Shown here: piece by piece, positions 9,052-16,757 of the stretch
Numbering within the stretch: the stretch's first letter is position 1
Layout: each line of letters starts with the position of its first letter
DNA from: an uncultured Spirochaetaceae bacterium
GTDB lineage: Bacteria; Spirochaetota; Spirochaetia; SZUA-6; Fen-1364
Assembly: GCA_964353885.1 (NCBI GenBank)
Contig: CAYGXO010000095.1
Location: 488-64,487 of the forward strand
DNA length: 64,000 nt
Direction: 5' to 3'
Program-made: the position numbers and the translations under genes
Notes under the pieces: generated by a model
Seen by the model: only the letters and a program-made list of their open reading frames with translations
What the model was told of the DNA's origin: nothing
The model's database searches: none

Positions 9052-10272
9052 TTTTCGAAGGGCCTCTTGCACCAGGCCCAGGCATTCGTCGCGGCGTTCG
9101 TCCGTCGGCTCGCTTGCCCACAGCCCGATCAGAAACTCGCGCGCCGCGTCAGGATCGGACGCCACGGGCTTTCCCGCTTCCTCGCCCATCGCGTAGGAAA
9201 CGGCGGCTGCCGCGCCTCGGGCCATGATCCTCGGCTCGATGCCCTGCTTGAGCGCCTCGCGCATCGTGCCGAAGAGCCTGTCGCCATAACCCAGCTTTCG
9301 CCGCGGGTCCCTGATGATGCGCTCCACCCTGTCGTTCAGGTAGGGGTTGGTCATCCTCTCAAGAAGATCGTCGGCGTAGGCCGCGTATCCTTTTTCCGTG
9401 AACAAGGGGTCGCCGAACCGTCCGTGCTTGCGGATGAGGGCTGCACCCGACTCCTCGGTGAACGCCCTTCTCCCCAGCGCCATGAGAGACGCCTCCTTGC
9501 GGATCTCGCTCATCACCGCGAGCCCCCGGGCATGCGCGAGGTAGCCCAGGAGGGCGTGGATCGCGTTGTGGCCGAAGAGCTTCGCCTCCTCGAAGGGCAG
9601 GAGGTCCTCTTTCTCCTCGAAGACACGGATGCCCCGGGAGAAGCCGGGCAGCGCGATCTTCGAGATGTAGATCCGATTGAACTCCTCGACGAGCACGCAC
9701 TTGTCGAAACCGGGGACGAGCGGCGAGAGGCCCAGCCTGCGCATCTCCTCCTGCGAGGAGATCACGCCGCTCATCTTGCCGACGACAGTGTTGAGGAACT
9801 GCATTCGCTGGATCCGCTCCGAGGGGGCTCGCTTCAGGACCTCCTCGCGCAGGATTTCCGCGGCGAAGTTGTTGTTCTCGGCCGTGTAGACGATCCGCTG
9901 CCTGTCGGGCGCGGCTCCCTCGGCGATGAGCGCGGCGATCGAGGAGTCCCCGCCCGCGCCGTAGAAGCTCACGCTCGGGATGGCTGTGGCGAGCTCGTCG
10001 GCTCCGCTGATCGCCTCTACGACGGACTGCCTGTCGGTCCGCGCCCGCGGGTTGCACATCCGGATCCCGTCGAGCCGAAGGGTCGCGATACCGTCACGCC
10101 GCGCGATGTTGATCGAGACCGCGTTGCCGTTGGCCCGCACCGCGTCGACCAGGCTCTGGTCGATCTCCGCGATCGTGTATTCATCGAAATTGCCCGATGC
10201 CATGGCCTCGCAGAGCATGAGGCCGGTCTGGATCGGGCCGAAGCCGAAGCCGACGAACGCCTTCCTGTGCAT
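9043..10272 (-). CDS. mannitol dehydrogenase family oxidoreductase (sugar or sugar-phosphate dehydrogenase)
   Basis: About 409 aa from the verified ATG at 10272. It has an N-terminal Rossmann-like FVGFGFGPIQTGL. FEEAKLFGHNAIHALLGYLA matches the K-L-F-x-x-N-x-x-H catalytic segment of MtlD-type enzymes. Confidence 0.65.
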   Translation of the reverse strand: MHRKAFVGFGFGPIQTGLMLCEAMASGNFDEYTIAEIDQSLVDAVRANGNAVSINIARRDGIATLRLDGIRMCNPRARTDRQSVVEAISGADELATAIPSVSFYGAGGDSSIAALIAEGAAPDRQRIVYTAENNNFAAEILREEVLKRAPSERIQRMQFLNTVVGKMSGVISSQEEMRRLGLSPLVPGFDKCVLVEEFNRIYISKIALPGFSRGIRVFEEKEDLLPFEEAKLFGHNAIHALLGYLAHARGLAVMSEIRKEASLMALGRRAFTEESGAALIRKHGRFGDPLFTEKGYAAYADDLLERMTNPYLNDRVERIIRDPRRKLGYGDRLFGTMREALKQGIEPRIMARGAAAAVSYAMGEEAGKPVASDPDAAREFLIGLWASEPTDERRDECLGLVQEALRKSG

Positions 10273-10352
10273 CTCTCTCCCTTCCCGCACGGGGAGTGAC
10301 CGTATCACGGACTCCTCCCCGTGGAAAGGGCCGTCTCATGGCTGCCGCGGCG

Positions 10353-10934
10353 CTACCTCCGCCCCAACCAGACCCCTGTCGACAGCGTGACCTGGAAGCT
10401 CCCCAGAGGGTAGTTGATGAAGTCCGTCACCGGCGGCGGAGTCATGAAGGGAGTCCATGTGAGCTTCGCCCCGAACTGGAAATTGGCGAGGTTGACATTG
10501 AGCCCGCCGGTCAGCATGGGAAAGATGGAGATGTAGAGGTTGCCGTCGGCAGGGCCGGTCCAGTGGTCGAGGAGGACGCGGCCCGCACTTCCCAGCCCCG
10601 CCTGGAAGAAAGGATCGATGAAAGCCGCGGCGCCGAAGGGGTGGAAGCTCAGGTAGAAGGCCTGGCCGTACCAGTCCAGCCACCACTGCGGGGAGGGATC
10701 CCGGACGAAGTTGGCGAGATAGGTGCCGCCGATGCCGATCTTCCTTATGACGACTTCCCATCCCCCGCCCCAGAAGAAGGGCTGATCGGGGCTGGAGAAG
10801 GTCTTGATGATCTCCTGCGCCGTGGGGCTTTTAAGGAAATCCGCCGCGACGGTTCCCGTCAGATACACGGCCGTGCCCGCGAAGCACGCGGAACCGAGAG
10901 CGGCGAAGATGAGCACGAATAGGACTGATTTCAT
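10353..10934 (-). CDS. exported hypothetical protein, possible small outer-membrane beta-barrel
   Basis: 193 aa from the verified ATG at 10934. Signal peptide MKSVLFVLIFAALGSACFAG. The mature part is rich in aromatic and Gly residues (FFWGGGWEVV, WWLDWYGQAFYLSF). It is divergent from the ECF sigma gene. Confidence 0.6.
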   Translation of the reverse strand: MKSVLFVLIFAALGSACFAGTAVYLTGTVAADFLKSPTAQEIIKTFSSPDQPFFWGGGWEVVIRKIGIGGTYLANFVRDPSPQWWLDWYGQAFYLSFHPFGAAAFIDPFFQAGLGSAGRVLLDHWTGPADGNLYISIFPMLTGGLNVNLANFQFGAKLTWTPFMTPPPVTDFINYPLGSFQVTLSTGVWLGRR

Positions 10935-11016
10935 GGCTGGCCTCCTGTTGTCTGCTCGTTCAGCTGCACGCCCAATGGAACACCAGGAGAGGAGGGGAGG
11001 GTCACCGTGAGCGGCG

Positions 11017-11550
11017 GTGACATCTCGGCGCCGCATGCGTGTTATACTCTTTGATGAGTGGGAGAAGCCCGTGGCAGTTGACGTTGACGCCCTGTATCGG
11101 AAATACGGCCCGATGGTCCTTCGCAGATGCCGCTCGCTTCTCGGCGACGAGGAGGAGGCTCTCGACGCGATGCAGGACACTTTTGTGAAGGTGCTGCGCT
11201 ACCGCGAGCGGCTGACGGACGAGGCGCCGTCCAGCCTCCTCTACTGCATGGCGACGAACGTCTGCCTGAACGCGATGCGCTCGGAGCGCAGGCGGCCGCG
11301 TCCCAGCGGCGACGAAGTCCTTCAGACCATAGCCTCCGCCGAGGACGTGGAATCCCTCGCCCTCGCGCGGCACGCGATCGAAGGCATTTTCTCCGGGGAG
11401 CGCGCCTCGACCCGGACCATGGCGGTTCTCCACTACGTCGACGGCATGACCCTGGAGGAGGTCGCGCGGACGGCCGGCCTCTCGGTGTCCGGGGTCCGAA
11501 AGCGCCTGCGCACACTGAGGACGCGCACACGGGCGTTGGAGGTGGTATGA
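11017..11550 (+). CDS. ECF-type RNA polymerase sigma factor
   Basis: Region 2 is EEALDAMQDTFVKVLRY and region 4 is VLHYVDGMTLEEVARTAGLSVSGVRKRLRTLR. The start is uncertain: GTG 11017, ATG 11035 or GTG 11071, all in frame. Confidence 0.88.
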   Translation: MTSRRRMRVILFDEWEKPVAVDVDALYRKYGPMVLRRCRSLLGDEEEALDAMQDTFVKVLRYRERLTDEAPSSLLYCMATNVCLNAMRSERRRPRPSGDEVLQTIASAEDVESLALARHAIEGIFSGERASTRTMAVLHYVDGMTLEEVARTAGLSVSGVRKRLRTLRTRTRALEVV

Positions 11551-12362
11551 TGCGGCAGCCAGAAAGAATACCCGACCTTTCTCTCGAACAGTACGCCCTG
11601 GGCGAGCTCTCCCCCAAGGAGGAGGCCCGGGTGCGGGCCGAGCTCGCGCGGGATGCCGGCCTGAGGGACCGGCTCGACGCGCTGCGGGAGTCCGATCGCC
11701 AGATCCTCGCCGCCCACCCTGTCGCGACCATGGCCGCGGAGATCCGTGGAAAGCTTCGCGCCGAGGCATCCGCTCCTCAAGAGCGGGCGATCCGCCGTTT
11801 TCCCCCCCTCGTCTTCGCGCTGCCGATTGCGGCGTCGATCGTCCTCTTCCTCTCGTTCCTCGTGGCTCGGGAAAGGATTCTTCCTTCTTACGCTTCCACT
11901 GGGGCGGAGGTGACGCGGCTGAAGGGCGTGAAGACCCACCTCACCGTGTATCGCAAGGCGGCCGACGGCGCCGAGGAGATCGGCGACGGCGAGACCGCCA
12001 TGCCGAGGGACGTGCTGCAGATCAGCTACACGGCCGCGGAGGCGAAGTACGGCGTCATCCTGTCCGTGGACGGCCGCGGGACAATCACCTGGCACCTTCC
12101 GGGCCGATACGCGGGCGCGGCGCTGACAGCTCCCTCTCTCAGCACGCAGGGGGAGGTCATCCTCCCGTCAGCCTACGAGCTGGACGACGCTCCCAGCTTC
12201 GAACGGTTCCTCCTCGTGTACTCTGCCGCGCCCTTCGACGTGCGGACGGTCGAGCAGGCGGCCCAGGCTCTGGCCTCGCGGCCGAAGACGGCCGCGAGCG
12301 GCTCCCTCGCGCTCCCACCGGCAATGAAACAGTTCTCTGTCGTCTTGAAGAAACAGGGGTGA
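11547..12362 (+). CDS. membrane anti-sigma factor with a DUF4384-like extracytoplasmic domain
   Basis: 271 aa with an ATGA overlap on the sigma stop. The N-terminus is LSLEQYALGELSPKEEARVRAEL. There is one TM helix (FPPLVFALPIAASIVLFLSFLVA). The C-terminal domain is VYRKAADGAEEIGDGETAMPRDVLQISYTAAEAKYGVILSVDGRGTITWHLP...FERFLLVYSAAPF. Confidence 0.75.
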   Translation: MMRQPERIPDLSLEQYALGELSPKEEARVRAELARDAGLRDRLDALRESDRQILAAHPVATMAAEIRGKLRAEASAPQERAIRRFPPLVFALPIAASIVLFLSFLVARERILPSYASTGAEVTRLKGVKTHLTVYRKAADGAEEIGDGETAMPRDVLQISYTAAEAKYGVILSVDGRGTITWHLPGRYAGAALTAPSLSTQGEVILPSAYELDDAPSFERFLLVYSAAPFDVRTVEQAAQALASRPKTAASGSLALPPAMKQFSVVLKKQG

Positions 12363-12366
12363 AGCC

Positions 12367-14595
12367 ATGAAGGCACAACGTGTTCCCGTCGTCTTCCTCG
12401 CGGTTTTCTCCGCGATTTTCCTCGTCGCAGCCTCCGGGTGGGCAGAGAAGCCGGCCGCGGATCTCGTGCCGCTGCGCCGCTTCGCGCTGATCGCCGGCTC
12501 CAATGACGGCGGGCAGGGGCGCACCAGGCTGAAGTACGCGGACTCCGACGCCAAAGCCTTTGCCGCGGTGCTGAAGGAGCTCGGCGGCGTGCGCGCGGAA
12601 GACATGCTCCTGCTGGTCAATCCCGACCTGGCGCAGTTCAGGGGAGCGATCGGCCGTATGCAGCAGCTGGTGAAGGCTCCCTGGGAGATCGAGGAGCGGC
12701 GCGAGCTCATCGTGTACTACTCGGGCCACTCCGACGAGGAAGGCCTGATCCTCGGGTCCGAGCGCTTCCCGTACGACACCTTCAGGAAGGAGGTCACCGA
12801 CATTCCCGCGCAGGTGCGGGTGGCGATCCTCGACTCCTGCTCCTCGGGCGCCCTCACACGGACAAAGGGAGGGGTTGCGCGCCCCGCGTTCCTCTTCGAC
12901 GCCTCCACGGACATGAAGGGTCACGCCTTCCTCACATCGAGCTCCGCCGAGGAGGCCGCGCAGGAGTCGGACAGGATCGGCGCCTCCTTTTTCACGCACT
13001 TCCTCATCTCGGGCTTGCGCGGCGCAGCCGACAGCACCGGCGACGGGCTGGTGACCCTCAACGAGGCGTATGCCTTCGCCTTCCAGGAGACCCTTGCCTC
13101 GACCGAGCGCACGCAGTACGGGGCCCAGCATCCGGCCTACGACATCAGCCTGACCGGGTCCGGCGACCTCGTTCTCACCGACCTGCGGGCCGCCTCTGCC
13201 GGTCTCACGATCCCCGAGGGTGTGCGGGGCAGGCTCTCCATCCGCGACGAGCGCGGAGCCCTTGCCGTGGAGTTGGCCAAGACCGAAGGCCAGAGGGTGG
13301 ATCTCGGCCTGGCTCCAGGATCCTACTCCGTCCTGCTCGACGACAAGGGCAGCCGATACGGAGCCGAGGTGCGGGTGGTCTCGGGCAGAAGGACGACGCT
13401 CGCTCCCTCGTCGCTGCGGCCTGTCCCTGGAGATCGAACGGTCGCCCGGGGCGACGGCGAGGACCCCTTCGAGGCAGATTCACCCTTTGCCGAGGAGCCG
13501 CCGGTCGAAACGCCGCCGTCATTCGAGGAAGCGCCCTTGGTCGAGCCCTTCCACCTTGCGCTCCTCCCCGAGTTCTCCTTCCGCGCGAACCGCGCGGTAT
13601 CGATCAGCGCCCTCATCGGCAGCGCCGCGAATTCGACCCGGTTCGCCGCGGCGGGGATCGCGAACCTCGTCTCCAAGGACATGCGGGGGGGCCAAGCCGC
13701 GGGCGTCGGCAACATTGTGCTCGGCGACTCCTCGGGTTTCCAGGCCGCGGGTGTCGTGAACGTGACGGGAGGCGACGCGGGGTGGATGCAGTCTTCGGGC
13801 GTCGTGAGCTTCTGCGGCGGAGAGCTTCTCGGCTTCCAGGGCTCGGGCGTCGGCGGCCTCGCCCTCGGCGGCGGCCGCGGCGTCCAGGCAGCGGGCGTGT
13901 TCGCAATCGCAGGCGGTCCCTTCACGGGCATTCAGGCCTCGGGGGTCGCGAACTGGGCGCAGGGCGCCTTCCGCGGCGTCCAGGTGTCGGGCGCCGTCAA
14001 CTACGCCGAGAGGATGATCGGACCACAGATCAGCGTTGTGAACATCGCCGATACGGTCTCGGGCGCCCAGGTCGGAATTGTCAATATCGCCCGCACGGTG
14101 AAGGGCACGCAGGTCGGGATCGTGAACATCTCGAACCAGATCGACGGCATCCCGATCGGGCTCGTCACCGTCGCGCAGAACGGCAGGCAGCAGCTGGAGT
14201 ACTGGACCGACACGGACGGCTCGCAGAACCTCGGCTTCTCCCTGGGCTCCAAGCACACCTATACGCTGTTCTCGGCGGGGTGGAAGCCGGGGACCGAGCA
14301 GTGGAGCTACGGGATCGGCCTCGGCGGCAGGGTGATCATCGACAGGTTCTTCATCGACTTCGACGGCTCGGCGGTCTCCGTTCACAATGGCTTCAATGAC
14401 TGGCTCATCACGGGGCCCGGCGCCCTGGTGCCGATCGTGCGCATCATGCCGGGCTTGAAGCTCTTCGGAGACCTCGCCGTCACCGCTGGCGTCGCCCTGC
14501 GCTTCTACGTGCCGGGCGTGTCTCCCAGCCCTGACGGAACGGTTCTCACCGATGTGCGGGTGGTGCCCAGCTTCCTCGTGGGCGCTCAGATATAG
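12367..14595 (+). CDS. exported caspase-fold peptidase (C14 family) with a tandem-repeat region and C-terminal anchor-like domain
   Basis: 742 aa with a signal peptide (VVFLAVFSAIFLVAASGWA). The catalytic dyad context is intact: ELIVYYSGHS (His121, nt 12727-12729) and AILDSCSSG (Cys158, nt 12838-12840). The gene starts 4 nt after the anti-sigma stop. Confidence 0.88.
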   Translation: MKAQRVPVVFLAVFSAIFLVAASGWAEKPAADLVPLRRFALIAGSNDGGQGRTRLKYADSDAKAFAAVLKELGGVRAEDMLLLVNPDLAQFRGAIGRMQQLVKAPWEIEERRELIVYYSGHSDEEGLILGSERFPYDTFRKEVTDIPAQVRVAILDSCSSGALTRTKGGVARPAFLFDASTDMKGHAFLTSSSAEEAAQESDRIGASFFTHFLISGLRGAADSTGDGLVTLNEAYAFAFQETLASTERTQYGAQHPAYDISLTGSGDLVLTDLRAASAGLTIPEGVRGRLSIRDERGALAVELAKTEGQRVDLGLAPGSYSVLLDDKGSRYGAEVRVVSGRRTTLAPSSLRPVPGDRTVARGDGEDPFEADSPFAEEPPVETPPSFEEAPLVEPFHLALLPEFSFRANRAVSISALIGSAANSTRFAAAGIANLVSKDMRGGQAAGVGNIVLGDSSGFQAAGVVNVTGGDAGWMQSSGVVSFCGGELLGFQGSGVGGLALGGGRGVQAAGVFAIAGGPFTGIQASGVANWAQGAFRGVQVSGAVNYAERMIGPQISVVNIADTVSGAQVGIVNIARTVKGTQVGIVNISNQIDGIPIGLVTVAQNGRQQLEYWTDTDGSQNLGFSLGSKHTYTLFSAGWKPGTEQWSYGIGLGGRVIIDRFFIDFDGSAVSVHNGFNDWLITGPGALVPIVRIMPGLKLFGDLAVTAGVALRFYVPGVSPSPDGTVLTDVRVVPSFLVGAQI
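13620..14125 (+). repeat. about 12 tandem ~16-residue (48-nt) coding repeats inside the caspase gene
   Basis: Units read from the translation: FAAAGIANLVSKDMRG / GQAAGVGNIVLGDSSG / FQAAGVVNVTGGDAGW / MQSSGVVSFCGGELLG / FQGSGVGGLALGGGRG / VQAAGVFAIAGGPFTG / IQASGVANWAQGAFRG / VQVSGAVNYAERMIGP / QISVVNIADTVSGA / QVGIVNIARTVKGT / QVGIVNISNQIDGI / PIGLVTVAQNG. The consensus is xQxxGVxNxxxxxxxG. Confidence 0.8.
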
Positions 14596-15015
14596 CAGCG
14601 CGTCCACTACGCGCCCTCTCGATGACGAAGGCTCCCGCGCGGATGATCTCGCGACGGGAGCCTTCCGCCGTCAGGCCGAACACGGACACCTCGGACGAGC
14701 CGATCATGAAATCCGTGTGCACGAGGGAGATGCTGCACCCCACAGCTCCCCCTCGCTCATCGCCTCGCCGCCCTCCAGCGCATCCGGGCACCCTCCACCG
14801 AGGGCCACTTCGCCCATTCTCCGCGCCTTCGCGTCGATTGCAGGGTGCGATGCGCCAGACCAATCGATTTGGCGATGACCTGCTGAGAGAAGAAGTGCCG
14901 CGCCCGGGATTCCGCCCGCTCGATCGCGGCCATCCAGCCGACCCTGTCCCGGGACTCTGATGCTCGATTCTCCCGTCTCTTCGTGCGGCCACAGCACTTC
15001 TGGCCGATCGGACAA
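14546..15015 (-). pseudogene. possible remnant of an M29 (AmpS/PepS-like) aminopeptidase gene, C-terminal part only and frame-shifted
   Basis: One frame reads GDERGGAVGCSISLVHTDFMIGSSEVSVFGLTAEGSRREIIRAGAFVIE, which resembles the M29 C-terminus (H-x-D, then ...G....G....I..G.F). A second frame just upstream reads ARRMGEVALGG, which resembles the lGE.alG segment. Only ~480 nt lie between the flanking genes, whereas an intact gene needs ~1.1-1.2 kb. Confidence 0.35.
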
Positions 15016-15024
15016 TGTCGCGCG

Positions 15025-15054
15025 AAAAAAAGGCCGCCGGAGATTCCGGCGGCC
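15025..15054 (-). terminator. rho-independent terminator after the DUF4097 gene
   Basis: The minus strand reads GGCCGCCGG-aatct-CCGGCGGCC followed by TTTTTTT, 27 nt after the stop at 15081. Confidence 0.8.
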
Positions 15055-15080
15055 TCAGGATATCCCGCTCCCTGGCAAGG

Positions 15081-15986
15081 CTACTTCTGCGCGATCCTGA
15101 TCCCGCCGCTCGTGGTCCGTATCTCGACAGGGATCGAGCCCTGCCCGATCCTGCCCTGGAGCCTGTTGCGCCTCTGCTCCATGATGGAGACAGGGAAGCC
15201 GCAGGAAACGGTGCCGCTCACGGAGCGCAGGTCGAGGGATGCGTCGAGGCCGGCGAAGGCATCGACCCGCACGGAACCGGACACCGATTGCATGCTGATG
15301 GATCCGCCCTTCTCGATCGCGTCGATCGCGCCCTCGATGGATCCCGAAATGGATCGCGCCTCGAGCGTTTTTCCCGCGAACACGAAGTCGATCGAGCCGC
15401 TCGTGGTCCCGGCGCGCAGGTCGCGGGAGCCGTTCGTCGTGATCGAGCCCGAAACGGTGTTCAGCCACTGGTCGACGCCGAGGCCCGCATCCCTGACGGT
15501 CACGCTCCCGCTCACCGAGCGCGCCCGCACGACTTTCACAGTTTTGGGCACCGTGACGGCGAACTCGATCGAGCCCCGCCAGCCCGCGGGGGGAGCATCG
15601 CGTTTCTCCTCGATCACGAGCCTGCTTCCCTGCTTCTGGATGTCGACCCGCAAGGCATCGAGGGACGCCCGGCTCGGAGCCCGCTTCACGGAGTGCACAT
15701 TCACGGGACCGCTCGCCGCGCCGATCACCTCGATCGAGCCTGCCACATTGCGAATCTCCACTTCGGTGAAAGCACCCTCGATCTGCTGATCGTTCTCCGC
15801 TTCCTCGCGGCCGCCGATGGGGAACTCCCCGTCGTCCCACCACCCCCGCATCTCGGGGATCGACAGGCGGAAGCTGTGCATGCGGTTCTGCGCGATGAAC
15901 ACGATGCTCCCCGCCAGCATGAGGATGACGATGACCCCGAGGGTGATCCCGAGGATGTCGATGGGGCTACGTCTTGTCCGATTCAT
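15081..15986 (-). CDS. DUF4097 (LiaG-like putative adhesin fold) membrane-anchored protein
   Basis: 301 aa with an N-terminal TM helix. It has repeated beta-strand motifs: VSGSVTV, VSGSITT, TSGSIDF, ISGSIEG, VSGSVRV, VSGTVSC, TSGGIRI. Confidence 0.8.
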   Translation of the reverse strand: MNRTRRSPIDILGITLGVIVILMLAGSIVFIAQNRMHSFRLSIPEMRGWWDDGEFPIGGREEAENDQQIEGAFTEVEIRNVAGSIEVIGAASGPVNVHSVKRAPSRASLDALRVDIQKQGSRLVIEEKRDAPPAGWRGSIEFAVTVPKTVKVVRARSVSGSVTVRDAGLGVDQWLNTVSGSITTNGSRDLRAGTTSGSIDFVFAGKTLEARSISGSIEGAIDAIEKGGSISMQSVSGSVRVDAFAGLDASLDLRSVSGTVSCGFPVSIMEQRRNRLQGRIGQGSIPVEIRTTSGGIRIAQK

Positions 15987-16248
15987 TCATCTTCTCCAGT
16001 TCCCGCTTCGCGACCCGGTCCACGAGGCTGCCGGACTGGTACAGGAATGCGGAGAGGAAGTGTGACGTGACCCCGATTCCCCAGCCCAGAGCGGGCCACA
16101 GCCACCACTGGTAGCCGCCCCCCGTCGTGTTGTTGATGATCGCGAGCGCAGCCATCACGATGAGATAGATGATGGCGTGGCGGATGAAGCCCACCTTGCG
16201 CAGGGCGATCTTCCGCGCCAGCTCGAGTTTCTCGTTGGCTTCGGCCAT
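15967..16248 (-). CDS. 2TM-domain small membrane protein
   Basis: 93 aa from the verified ATG at 16248, with RBS AAGGAGGGA. It has two adjacent TM helices (RHAIIYLIVMAALAIINN ... WWLWPALGWGIGVTSHFL). It overlaps the DUF4097 start by 20 nt. Confidence 0.75.
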   Translation of the reverse strand: MAEANEKLELARKIALRKVGFIRHAIIYLIVMAALAIINNTTGGGYQWWLWPALGWGIGVTSHFLSAFLYQSGSLVDRVAKRELEKMNESDKT

Positions 16249-16348
16249 GTATCCCTCCTTGCCGGTTGATCTCCTCCATTGAACACCGGTGCGGGGAGGG
16301 AAAGACACCGCATCAGGCCGTTGCGGCGCGGATGGGGGTTTGTCGGCC

Positions 16349-16609
16349 CTACTTCTTTTCCGGCTCGTCCTTCTTGACCACTTCGAGGGTGAAGTTGGAC
16401 GCCATGGCAGCGAGGGCGCCCACCGCCGCGAGGACGGGCGCGAGCACCGCGCCCACCACACCGAAGGTGAGAGGGATCTCCATGAACGTGTTGCCTTTGT
16501 CGTCCTTGATGATGATCTTGCGGATGCTGCCCTCGTGGATGAGATCCTTCACCTTCTTGAGCAGCTCCTCACCCTTCACCTTGAACTCGCGCGCGAGATC
16601 TTCCGGCAT
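16349..16609 (-). CDS. DUF4342 family protein
   Basis: 86 aa from the verified ATG at 16609, with RBS GAGGAGG. Sequence: MPEDLAREFKVKGEELLKKVKDLIHEGSIRKIIIKDDKGNTFMEIPLTFGVVGAVLAPVLAAVGALAA. Confidence 0.7.
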   Translation of the reverse strand: MPEDLAREFKVKGEELLKKVKDLIHEGSIRKIIIKDDKGNTFMEIPLTFGVVGAVLAPVLAAVGALAAMASNFTLEVVKKDEPEKK

Positions 16610-16757
16610 AGCGTCCTCCTCATGCGGCGATTGTCCGCGGACCACTCCAAAGGTATGTCAGCGGGCAGGGGGGAGTCAAGGAAATCACTCGCGCAAGCAG
16701 CCGCAACCGGTATATACTGCTGAGCACGGACTGCAGTCGCGACACCAGGAGGGATTC

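Noticed and set aside
10977-11003. ECF-type promoter GGAAC...GTC upstream of the first sigma gene
   Set aside because: The spacing between GGAAC (10977-10981) and GTC (11001-11003) is 19 nt, which is longer than the usual 16-17. It also overlaps the purine-rich RBS-like tract. The evidence is not convincing.
12367-14595. Caspase-fold protease as a CRISPR-associated (Craspase/CHAT-like) or CBASS-type effector
   Set aside because: There are no cas genes, repeats, TPR/CHAT architecture or cyclase nearby. The protein has a signal peptide, so it is extracytoplasmic. The ECF context is the better explanation.
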